Program-made: the position numbers and the translations under genes
Notes under the pieces: generated by a model
What the model was told of the DNA's origin: nothing
The model's database searches: none
The model's input: the letters and a program-made list of their open reading frames with translations, nothing else
DNA from: an uncultured Anaerolineaceae bacterium
Lineage (GTDB): Bacteria > Chloroflexota > Limnocylindria > Limnocylindrales > CSP1-4
Assembly (NCBI GenBank): GCA_964477545.1
Contig: CAYZEJ010000002.1
Coordinates: forward strand, 1 to 62,388
Direction: 5' to 3'
DNA: 62,388 nt
Shown here: positions 18,325 through 26,405 of the stretch, piece by piece
Numbering within the stretch: the stretch's first letter is position 1
How the letters are laid out: each line of letters opens with the position of its first letter

Positions 18325-18889
18325 AAGCGGCCAGGGCGGACTCCGTGTCGATGTCGGGGTTGGTGCCGGGCACGTCGATGTAGCGCACGAGGTCGGGTCG
18401 CGCGGCGAAGAGCTGGGACATCCCCTGGTCGCCGGTCAACTCTTGAGCCATGGGCCAGGCCGCGCGCCCCAGCAGGACCGGATTCCCGGGGCGTCCATCA
18501 GCGTAACGCGGCACCACGATCGGACTCTCGTCATCGCGGGATGCGCCGGTGATCACGCGAACGTTCTCAAGCGTTAGGAACGGCTGGTCACCGAGCAGCA
18601 CGAGTGCACCATCGACGTCGCCGCCGAGCGCATCCAGCCCCGCCGCGACTGAGCTCGAGATTCCCCGCCCGGGATCCTCGTTTCGGATGCGGATCTCGTT
18701 TCGCCACGAGAGGGCGGTCTGGATCGCATCGGCGTCCTCGCCGAGCACGACCACCACCGGATCGAGCTCAGCCTGCGCCGCCAGATCGAGGACGTACTGG
18801 AGCATCGGCCGTGCGCTGATCTCGGCCAACATCTTGCCGCCGCCGAACCGGGTTCCGCGGCCCGCGGCCAGAACGATCGCCGCGATCAC
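18305..18889 (-). CDS. mocA: MobA/MocA-like nucleotidyltransferase (molybdenum cofactor cytidylyltransferase type)
   Basis: Track ORF with N-terminal IVLAAGRGTRFGGGKML. GTGA overlap with the xdhC stop. Confidence 0.8.
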   Translation of the reverse strand: MIAAIVLAAGRGTRFGGGKMLAEISARPMLQYVLDLAAQAELDPVVVVLGEDADAIQTALSWRNEIRIRNEDPGRGISSSVAAGLDALGGDVDGALVLLGDQPFLTLENVRVITGASRDDESPIVVPRYADGRPGNPVLLGRAAWPMAQELTGDQGMSQLFAARPDLVRYIDVPGTNPDIDTESALAAFSRGAG

Positions 18890-19917
18890 CGCTTGCTGAG
18901 TGGCCCGGCGCTGGCTCCGTTGCGCTCGGCGACGATCTCGGCCAGGATCGCCAGGGCCATCTCACCGGGCTCGTGGCCGCCGAGATCGAGCCCGATGGGT
19001 CCATGCAGCCGATCCAGGTCCGCCTCGGTCAGGCCGTCATCGAGCAGTCGTTGGCGCCGGCCGGCCTGCGTTCGGCGGCTGCCCATCGCACCGATGTAGC
19101 GACAGCCGGCGCGCATCGCGGCCACGATCGCCGGCTCGTCGAGCTTGGGATCGTGGCTCATCACCACGACCGCGTCGTCGGTGGAGAGGCCGAGCTTCAG
19201 GGCCACCTCGTCGGGCCAGCCGACCAATATGTCGTCGGCGTCCGGAAAGCGGTCGTGCGACGCGAAGGCCGCCCGAGCGTCTGCCACACAGGTGCGGTAC
19301 CCGAGCTCGCGCGCCATGCGCACCAGTGGGATCGCAGCTTGAACCGCGCCAAAGATCACGATCCGCGGAGGCGGGGTAAACGTCTGGATGAAGAACTGTT
19401 CCTGGTCGAGCGTGACGGTGCCCGATCGACCTGCGGCGACCAGGGACGCTGCGGCTGCATACAAGGCGCCGTCTATGGCGACTGGCTCGGCCATGGGCGA
19501 CGTGACGATTGAGTGTGGCCTGCCATCCCCAGCTGGCGCGTCGGCCGGCAGAGGGATCGCGATCGCGGTCCCGGACGCGGCGCGGGCCGCGGCCTCGACC
19601 TCTGGCCGCAGGACGGGCTCGATGAGCACATCGATCGTGCTGCCGCAGGCCAGCCCAACGCCCCATGCCTGCTCGTCACTTATGCCGAACCGGACCAGCC
19701 GAACGCAGCCATCGCGGCGTGCGCGGGCAATCTCCTCGGCCGCGGCACCCTCGACACAGCCGCCGCTGACCGACCCTGCAACGGAGCCATCGTCCGCAAC
19801 GAGGAGGGTGGCGCCTTCTGGTCGGGGACCATTCCCGAAGACTCGGATCAGGACCGCGCGGCCGAATTCACGTCCTTCGGAGCGCCAGGCATCGATCGTG
19901 GGAAGCAACTCCCTCAT
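18886..19917 (-). CDS. xdhC: XdhC/CoxI family molybdoenzyme maturation protein
   Basis: Track ORF with an XdhC_CoxI N-domain (VSGGCVEGA) and a Rossmann-like C-domain (IVIFGAVQAAIPL). Confidence 0.85.
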   Translation of the reverse strand: MRELLPTIDAWRSEGREFGRAVLIRVFGNGPRPEGATLLVADDGSVAGSVSGGCVEGAAAEEIARARRDGCVRLVRFGISDEQAWGVGLACGSTIDVLIEPVLRPEVEAAARAASGTAIAIPLPADAPAGDGRPHSIVTSPMAEPVAIDGALYAAAASLVAAGRSGTVTLDQEQFFIQTFTPPPRIVIFGAVQAAIPLVRMARELGYRTCVADARAAFASHDRFPDADDILVGWPDEVALKLGLSTDDAVVVMSHDPKLDEPAIVAAMRAGCRYIGAMGSRRTQAGRRQRLLDDGLTEADLDRLHGPIGLDLGGHEPGEMALAILAEIVAERNGASAGPLSKR

Positions 19918-19942
19918 GGCTCGATCGTACAGGGCAAAAGGG

Positions 19943-19976
19943 AGCGGCCCCCGAGCCGGTCATCTCAGGGGCCGCT
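19943..19976 (-). terminator. Hairpin + T-run on the minus strand: terminator of the S8 gene and/or attenuator in the xdhC leader
   Basis: 9-bp stem agcggcccc / ggggccgct with a 16-nt loop. On the minus strand it is followed by cccttttg, which ends about 18 nt before the xdhC ATG. Confidence 0.45.
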
Positions 19977-20086
19977 TCACTGCGCGACCGGAACCCGTCC
20001 TTACCGGTCGCGTATGTGGTTACTGGCTGCTCCCCCCCGCGGAGGGAGCGGGCTGCTTTAACGCGTGAGCAGCCAGCTTTGATTTG

Positions 20087-21904
20087 CTACTCCTGGTACT
20101 CCGGGCAGAAGGGCGTCCTCAGGTACTTGTAAGAGGTGTCGTTGCGGACGGCCCGGTTGGCGTCGATCCGGCCATACCCAAAGCACTTGTCGTAGCCCTT
20201 CTTGCCGATGTCGATGGCCGTCCTGATGAGCTTGCTGGTCACCTTGTCCGGTGCCCAGGACCAGCCGCCGTTGGCGGTGCGGCGCCCGTACTGGCTGATG
20301 ATCAGCGCGGTGACGCCAGTCGTGTGCGGCGAGGCCATCGAAGTGCCCTGAATGCATCCGTAGGTGTTTCCGGGCAGCGTCGACAGCACGTTATCAAGAC
20401 AGTTGCCGGTGGTGCCGTTTCCGCCCGGAGCAGAAACATCGGCCCAACCTGCGCCCCAGCTGGAGTACCCGGCCTTCTCGCTGTTGGGCCCAAGGGCCAC
20501 GGTCCCGATGACGCCGGCTGCCTGTGCGGGGACGGTCTTGCACTTGGTGCCGCCCGGAGGGTTGGCAAGGTTCGTGTCCGAGTTGCCGAGCGCGGCGACC
20601 AGGCTGACGCCCTCGCCGCGAGCGTAGGCGAGCGCTCGCTCGACCGCCGCGCGATAGGCGCGCTGTGTGGGGTGGCTCTGGCACTTGAACTCGGTTGACG
20701 CCTGGAAGTCGTCGTCGTCGACGTAGAAGCTCATGTTGATGGCGTCGAGGTTGAGATCGCCCGCGTACGTAATGCCCTCGACCGCGTCGCTCACGTAGCA
20801 ATGGCCGTCGCCGTCGCAGACCTTGATCGGGATCAGCGTGACGTTCGGTGCCACTCCGGCGACGCCGATTCCGTTACGCCGCGCCGCCACGATGCCGGCC
20901 ACGTGCGTGCCGTGGAAGTTGTTGTCAACGCACGCGAGAGGGCTGCCGATGCCGGGACCCTGGAACGTGAAGTCGGCACCGCGCTGGCAGTCCACGTTCG
21001 ACCTGCCGTTAAGAACAAAGTCCTGGTGGTTGCCGTCGATGCCCGTGTCGACGATGCCGACCTGGACGGCGGGGCGGCCGAGCTGGCGCGCGTGCGCCTG
21101 CCGCGTTCGGATCTGCTGCATGCTCCACTGCTGGGGCTCGAGCGGGTCGGTCGCGGTCGACGACGTGCCGCCATTGGGAACGACGACCACCTGCCCATTG
21201 AACATGTCGACGCCGAAGTCCTTGCCAACCTCGGCCACGAGCGCGTACTTGCGCAGCGTCGCGGCAAACGTCGAGTTCCTCGACTCGACGATCATCACGC
21301 CGATTTGGCGCGTCAGGTCGGCCGTTATCGTGCCGCCGGCGATGCTGACGATGTAGAGCGCGTAGTCGCGGGCCAGGGCGTAGTTCTTGTCGAGCGCGTA
21401 CGCGTCGAGAAGGGCGTAGTTCGCTCCCAGCGCATAACCAACTGCGTTGTCCGCGAGCGCGTAGCTCCCATCGAGGGCATAGCCAGCCGATGCCTCGGCG
21501 AGCGCGTAGCCCGAGCCCAGCGCGTAGTCGGTATCCAGCGCATAACCCGACCTCAGCGCGTATTCGCCGAACTGGCGGTAGTTGCCGTTCTGGTCGAATT
21601 GATCCGTCAGCGCGTACTGGTCGAGAAGGGCGTACGTCCGGCCCAGCGCGTAGAGGGCGTAGTCCGCGCCCAACGCATAGGTGCCGTCGAGCGCGTAGTC
21701 GGACGCCTCGCCGACGAGCGCGTAGCCCTTGCCAAGTGCGTAGCTGCCATCGAGGGCGTAGCCACCCTTCAAAACGACGACGTAACGCTGGTTGAATCCC
21801 TCAACGGCCAGCGCGGCCGTGGGAAGAAGGCTTGCGAGGAGCACGAGGGCGCCGACAGTCGACAGGGCAAACCTCGTACGCAAAGCGGACCGGCTATGCG
21901 TCAT
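20087..21904 (-). CDS. Secreted subtilisin-like serine protease (peptidase S8) with a repeat-expanded propeptide
   Basis: Track ORF 20087..21952 trimmed to Met17, which has GGAGG upstream. Signal peptide present. Catalytic motifs VGIVDTGID, HGTHVAGIV and GTSMASPHTTG. Confidence 0.85.
   Translation of the reverse strand: MTHSRSALRTRFALSTVGALVLLASLLPTAALAVEGFNQRYVVVLKGGYALDGSYALGKGYALVGEASDYALDGTYALGADYALYALGRTYALLDQYALTDQFDQNGNYRQFGEYALRSGYALDTDYALGSGYALAEASAGYALDGSYALADNAVGYALGANYALLDAYALDKNYALARDYALYIVSIAGGTITADLTRQIGVMIVESRNSTFAATLRKYALVAEVGKDFGVDMFNGQVVVVPNGGTSSTATDPLEPQQWSMQQIRTRQAHARQLGRPAVQVGIVDTGIDGNHQDFVLNGRSNVDCQRGADFTFQGPGIGSPLACVDNNFHGTHVAGIVAARRNGIGVAGVAPNVTLIPIKVCDGDGHCYVSDAVEGITYAGDLNLDAINMSFYVDDDDFQASTEFKCQSHPTQRAYRAAVERALAYARGEGVSLVAALGNSDTNLANPPGGTKCKTVPAQAAGVIGTVALGPNSEKAGYSSWGAGWADVSAPGGNGTTGNCLDNVLSTLPGNTYGCIQGTSMASPHTTGVTALIISQYGRRTANGGWSWAPDKVTSKLIRTAIDIGKKGYDKCFGYGRIDANRAVRNDTSYKYLRTPFCPEYQE
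21353..21766 (-). repeat. In-frame coding repeat: 20 tandem short modules ending in Tyr-Ala-Leu inside the S8 propeptide
   Basis: Residues 63-200 of the track ORF read GGYAL DGSYAL GKGYAL VGEASDYAL DGTYAL GADYAL YAL GRTYAL LDQYAL ... DKNYAL ARDYAL. Visible in the + strand as recurring cgcgta/gcgtag. Confidence 0.85.
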
Positions 21905-21940
21905 TCGGACGGGACCTCCAAAGGAGCACGACACCACGTG

Positions 21941-22016
21941 TAGTGGTTCCACTATACGACGGGAGAGGCACCACGGGCAAGGGTGTCATATTTCAGAATC
22001 ATGACAATTCAGAATC
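21941..22016. promoter_or_regulatory. Candidate promoter/operator region of the S8 gene: 14-bp palindrome plus two 9-bp direct repeats in locally AT-rich DNA
   Basis: tagtgg-tt-ccacta at 21941-21954, 37-50 nt upstream of ATG 21904. ttcagaatc occurs at 21992-22000 and 22008-22016. Lies between the trmB-like gene and the protease gene. Confidence 0.3.
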
Positions 22017-22087
22017 GGCGCATTACCTGAACGGTACCTTGACTGCCCCCTGCGACACAACCTCGACCCTGGGACGCCCCTGGAGCG

Positions 22088-22918
22088 TTAGGCGGTCGCA
22101 GCCTTTCGGGCGACCAGCAGCTCGTGTGCCTGGTCGAAGGTCAGCCCCGTCTCCCAGATGGCGTTGAACGCGGTCTTCAGGACCTTGGCCAGGGACTTGT
22201 GCTCGACCACGACGATGGTCAGGTCCGAGCTCCCGGCCACTGGATCTTGCATGCCGAACATCACGATGGTCTCGTCGATGATGACCAGCTTCAAGGGCAG
22301 CTCCGGCACGAAACGCGCGTCCTCGCCGGCCTCGACGAAGCGCTGCACACCGCGCATCACGGCCGGCTCGTCGAAGACCGAGAACTCGTACAGCGACCGC
22401 GCCTCGTGCGTCTCGATCACCTCGAGACCCTCGATGTTCTCCTGTGGCGGCGTCGCGTAGGGCGGCTTCGTGAAGACCAGGATCTCTTTCTTGACCGCGC
22501 TCTGGAGCTCGGCGAAGCGCTCGTTGATCGCGCGCCGGTCGCGCAGGACCTCGATGTATTCGAGCGGGTCGGTATGCGCCTGCCCGGCTTCGAACGCTGG
22601 CTTCAGGTCCGTGACCATGCCGCGCGCATCGCGCTCCATGCGCGACAGCTCGTCGCGATGCGTGGCGAGCAACTGGTCGATTGCAAGCTCCGGCGCCGTC
22701 GCCGCGTACTTGACCACGTTGCCCGGCCGCGAAACGGCGAGTCCCTTCTGGACGAGGCTGCCGAGCACGTCGTAGATGCGCTGGCGCGGCAGGCCCGATT
22801 GGCGCGCGACCTGCGCGGCCGTGAAGGAATCGCGCCTGATGAGAGTCAGATAGGCCTTCGCCTCGTAGCTGGTCAGGCCGAGTCGAGTCAGCTGCGCGAC
22901 AAGTTCACCGTTTTCCAC
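22088..22918 (-). CDS. TrmB family transcriptional regulator
   Basis: Track ORF whose N-terminal wHTH ([48 protein letters not shown]) is characteristic of TrmB. Confidence 0.85.
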   Translation of the reverse strand: MENGELVAQLTRLGLTSYEAKAYLTLIRRDSFTAAQVARQSGLPRQRIYDVLGSLVQKGLAVSRPGNVVKYAATAPELAIDQLLATHRDELSRMERDARGMVTDLKPAFEAGQAHTDPLEYIEVLRDRRAINERFAELQSAVKKEILVFTKPPYATPPQENIEGLEVIETHEARSLYEFSVFDEPAVMRGVQRFVEAGEDARFVPELPLKLVIIDETIVMFGMQDPVAGSSDLTIVVVEHKSLAKVLKTAFNAIWETGLTFDQAHELLVARKAATA

Positions 22919-23059
22919 GTTTTAACTATAGCGTCACTACCCACTGGTGGTGGTGGCACTTTGGCACTAAAGCCTGCCGCTTTGAGATGGGATCGGTCCC
23001 CGAGACCTATCACTGGGCGCAGTGGCGCGGCTCCTCGGAGGCGCCTGTACGATCGAAAC

Positions 23060-25114
23060 ATGGTCAAGGCAGAGCCGGCGCACACGAATCGACTCGCCCA
23101 GGAGACGAGCCCCTACCTCCTCCAGCACGCACACAACCCGGTCGACTGGTACCCCTGGGGCCCTGAGGCGCTGGCCCGGGCAAAAGAGGAGGACCGGCCG
23201 ATCTTCCTTTCGATCGGCTACGCCGCATGCCACTGGTGCCACGTGATGGAGCGCGAATCGTTCGAGACGGACGAGACGGCTGCTCTCCTCAATGAGAGTT
23301 TCGTGGCGATCAAGGTGGACCGCGAGGAGCGCCCTGACCTCGACGCGATCTATATGGACGCGGTCCAGCAGATGACCGGGCAGGGCGGCTGGCCCATGAG
23401 CGTCTTTCTGACGCCGGACGGCAAACCCTTTTACGGCGGCACCTACTTCCCCGACCAGCCGCGCCACGGACTGCCCTCATTCAATGACGTGCTGCGCGGA
23501 GTCGCCGAGGCCTGGCGCGAGCGGCGGAACGAAGTCGAGCAGGCCGGCGCACAGATTGCCGGCTCGATCGCTCGGCAGGTGGCCTCAGCACCGGCGGCCG
23601 ATGGCGGCGGGCAGGGCGCAAGAGCGCAGGGCTGGATGCTCGACGCCGCTCTCGTGGCACTGGAGCACGAGTTCGACTCACGTAACGGCGGCTGGGGCGG
23701 AGCGCCCAAGTTCCCTCAGCCGATGACGATCGAGTTCCTGCTGCGGATGCATGTCAGCACCAAGGATCCGCGGCCGCTGGCCATGGCGCGCCGGAGTCTC
23801 GACGCGATGGCCGCGGGAGGCATCTATGACCACCTCGGCGGCGGGTTCGCGCGCTATGCCACCGACTCGGTCTGGCTCGTGCCGCACTTCGAGAAGATGC
23901 TCTACGACAACGCCCAACTGGCCCGTGTCTATCTCCACGCCTGGCAGGTCACGTCTGACGCCCGCTATCGCGAAGTCGTCGAAGAAACGCTGCACTTCGT
24001 ACGGCGCGAACTGCGCACCGCGGACGGAGGCTTCGCTTCTTCGCTCGATGCCGACACGGATGGCGTGGAAGGGGCGACCTACGTCTGGTCCAAGGCCGAG
24101 ATCGACGCCGTGCTGGGCGAAGACGCTGCGGTCTTCGACGCCGCCTACGGGATCACGGAGAACGGCAACTGGGAGGGGCAGAACATCCTGACCCGGGCTG
24201 CGGACGCGACGGACGACGAGCCGCGACTCCCTGACATTCGCCGGAGGCTGCTGGAATTCAGGAACACCCGTCCACAGCCGGGGCGGGACGACAAGATCCT
24301 GACCGCCTGGAACGGCTTGATGATCGCTTCGTTCGCCGAGGCAGGCGCGGCGATGGGCAGGGCCGATTGGACAGAGACGGCCGAGCATGCCGCGGACCTC
24401 CTACTCCGCGAGGCGCGCGACTCACAGGGTCGGCTGAGCCGCTCGTGGAAGGACGGCCGAGCCTTGCATTCGGGCGTTCTGGAGGACTACGCGAACCTCG
24501 CGGAAGGGTTGCTGGCACTGTACTCGGCCACGTTTGCAGAGCGCTGGTTCGTGGCCGCGCGCGCGCTGGCGGACCAGATCCTCGCCCATTTCGCGGATCC
24601 TGCCGGCGGCTTTTTCGACACGGCCGACGATCACGAGACGCTCATCACGCGACCAAAGAGCCTTCAGGACAACGCAATGCCATCAGGCAACGCGATGGCG
24701 GTCACGGTGCTGCTCAAGTTGGCCGCGCTGACGGGCGGGGGCCGTTACTCGGACGCTGCCGAACGGGCACTGGCCCAGGTGACGTCATACGTGCACCGGT
24801 ACCCGACCGCTTTCGGCCAGTGGCTAGGCGCACTCACGTTTTCACTCGGGGACGTGACGGAGGTCGCGATCGTGGGCGATCCGGCCGCGGACGACACTCG
24901 TGCCCTGCTCGACGTCGTGCGCCGCGAATACCGGCCGTTCAGCGTGGTAGCCCTGGCTGGGGGGAGGCGGGCGGGCGAACAGGCGGTAAAACTCCTGCAC
25001 GACCGCGAAAAGCGTGACGGAAAGGCGACCGCCTACGTCTGCCGCGGCTTCGCCTGCCGCGCGCCGACCACCGAGCCCGCCGAACTGGCGGCGCAGTTAG
25101 CATCCCCGCTGTGA
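23060..25114 (+). CDS. Thioredoxin-domain protein of the YyaL/DUF255 family (N-terminal Trx-like domain + six-hairpin glycosidase-like domain)
   Basis: Track ORF 22124..25114 trimmed to ATG 23060; the upstream part is antisense to trm[26 protein letters not shown] and [17 protein letters not shown] are hallmark DUF255 segments. Confidence 0.85.
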   Translation: MVKAEPAHTNRLAQETSPYLLQHAHNPVDWYPWGPEALARAKEEDRPIFLSIGYAACHWCHVMERESFETDETAALLNESFVAIKVDREERPDLDAIYMDAVQQMTGQGGWPMSVFLTPDGKPFYGGTYFPDQPRHGLPSFNDVLRGVAEAWRERRNEVEQAGAQIAGSIARQVASAPAADGGGQGARAQGWMLDAALVALEHEFDSRNGGWGGAPKFPQPMTIEFLLRMHVSTKDPRPLAMARRSLDAMAAGGIYDHLGGGFARYATDSVWLVPHFEKMLYDNAQLARVYLHAWQVTSDARYREVVEETLHFVRRELRTADGGFASSLDADTDGVEGATYVWSKAEIDAVLGEDAAVFDAAYGITENGNWEGQNILTRAADATDDEPRLPDIRRRLLEFRNTRPQPGRDDKILTAWNGLMIASFAEAGAAMGRADWTETAEHAADLLLREARDSQGRLSRSWKDGRALHSGVLEDYANLAEGLLALYSATFAERWFVAARALADQILAHFADPAGGFFDTADDHETLITRPKSLQDNAMPSGNAMAVTVLLKLAALTGGGRYSDAAERALAQVTSYVHRYPTAFGQWLGALTFSLGDVTEVAIVGDPAADDTRALLDVVRREYRPFSVVALAGGRRAGEQAVKLLHDREKRDGKATAYVCRGFACRAPTTEPAELAAQLASPL

Positions 25115-25716
25115 CGCGTTCCTTCAGCGGCGCCGCAGCCGTCGCTCTGCTTCTGCTGCTCTTCTCAGTCCTGCCCGTGGCGGCACATGCGGAGCTCGAA
25201 GAATCAGACCCGGCGGATGGCGAAACGATCGAGACGCCGTACAAGCTGACGGCGACGTTCAGCGAGGAGTTCGACCCGAATCCGCAGCGCAGTTTCGTGC
25301 GCGTCGTTGACTCGTCGGATGCCGAGATTGCCAGCGGTGGAGTGAGTGATGACAACCCCACGGTCATGACAGTCGAGCTGCCAGCGCTCGAACCCGGCGA
25401 GTACACCGTCCGCTGGCAGACGACGACAGCCGACGACAACGGAGTCGAGCGCGGGACCTACACGTTCAACGTCGCCGCCACTCCGACGCCAGGACCGACG
25501 GCGACTCCGACTCCCGTGCCGCCCCCAGCGGCGCCTTCCAGCCCACTCGCAACCGCGACACCGGCCGCTACGGCGACGCCCCTTCCTGTGGCTACTCCGA
25601 CCCCTGTGGATCCCGCCCCGAGCGGCACAGGTTCCGACGCCGTCCTGGCGTTATTGATCGGGGCCGTCGCGATCGGAGCAATCGCGATATTCCTCTTCGC
25701 TCGCTCACGACGCTGA
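25111..25716 (+). CDS. copC: CopC-domain copper-binding protein with Pro/Thr/Ala linker and C-terminal membrane anchor
   Basis: Track ORF with a signal peptide ending VAAHA, then [11 protein letters not shown] (mature N-terminal His typical of CopC) and the C-terminal TM segment [22 protein letters not shown] overlap with the upstream gene. Confidence 0.8.
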   Translation: MTRSFSGAAAVALLLLLFSVLPVAAHAELEESDPADGETIETPYKLTATFSEEFDPNPQRSFVRVVDSSDAEIASGGVSDDNPTVMTVELPALEPGEYTVRWQTTTADDNGVERGTYTFNVAATPTPGPTATPTPVPPPAAPSSPLATATPAATATPLPVATPTPVDPAPSGTGSDAVLALLIGAVAIGAIAIFLFARSRR

Positions 25717-26405
25717 CCGCGCTCACGGCGCTGCCCGATCCGGGCGCCCTGATATTCGATCTCGACGGCACCCTGGTCGACACCGTCGAGGTCCGCATCC
25801 GCGCCTGGATGCAGGTCTTCGCCGAGCTCGGGATCCCAGCAGATCGGGAGCACGTCGCCAGGCTCATCGGCGCCGACGGCAAGCGGCTGGCCAAGGAGGT
25901 CGCGAACGTCGCCAATCGGCACATCGACGATGGGCGGGCGGAGGCCATAGACAAACGCTCCGGAGCGATCTACGACGAGCTCAACACAAACCCGCGTCCG
26001 ATTGCCGGCGCGCGGGCTGTCTTGCTTGCCCTCGGCCGCTCCGCGCTGCCGTGGGCGATCGCGACATCCAGCCGCCCGGAGCAGGTACGCGCTTCAGTCG
26101 ATGCTCTGAAACTCCCGGAACGCCCGCGGATCGTGGACGGCAGTCATGTCGAGCACGCCAAACCAGCGCCCGATCTGCTGCTTCTCGCGGCGGAACAACT
26201 GCGCACCCCGCCAGGCAGGTGTTGGTATGTGGGCGATGCTACGTGGGACATGCTCGCTGCCCGAGCAGCTGGAATGATCGGCATCGGCGTCCCATACGGT
26301 GCCGTGTCCAAGCTGGACCTGCTGAGTGCCGGTGCGCGAACCGTTACGACGTTCCGCAGCCTCCACGCTGATCTGAACCGGCGAGGGCTGCTCGCACCGA
26401 CCTAG
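25713..26405 (+). CDS. HAD-superfamily hydrolase (phosphoglycolate phosphatase-like)
   Basis: Track ORF starts at ATG 25809, but HAD motif I (LIFDLDGTLVDT, nt 25749-25784) lies in frame upstream. No ATG/GTG/TTG is available there; CTG 25713 (overlapping the copC TGA), 25731 or 25749 are the only candidates. Motif II AIATSS and motif IV GDATWDMLAARAAG are present. Confidence 0.75.
   Translation: MTALTALPDPGALIFDLDGTLVDTVEVRIRAWMQVFAELGIPADREHVARLIGADGKRLAKEVANVANRHIDDGRAEAIDKRSGAIYDELNTNPRPIAGARAVLLALGRSALPWAIATSSRPEQVRASVDALKLPERPRIVDGSHVEHAKPAPDLLLLAAEQLRTPPGRCWYVGDATWDMLAARAAGMIGIGVPYGAVSKLDLLSAGARTVTTFRSLHADLNRRGLLAPT

Noticed and set aside
21353-21766. Periodic cgcgta/gcgtag signal that might be a non-coding satellite or CRISPR-like repeat.
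   Set aside because: The periodicity is in frame within a long ORF that continues into a bona fide S8 catalytic domain. Spacer lengths vary in whole codons and only the YAL codons are conserved, so it is a coding repeat.
22124-23059. First 312 codons of the 996-aa track ORF 22124..25114.
   Set aside because: Antisense to the TrmB regulator gene. The recognisable YyaL/DUF255 N-terminus begins at ATG 23060.
25480-25640. Pro/Thr/Ala-rich repetitive stretch ([20 protein letters not shown]...) as a separate repeat element.
   Set aside because: It is in frame between the CopC domain and the C-terminal TM helix, so it is a typical flexible linker rather than an independent feature.
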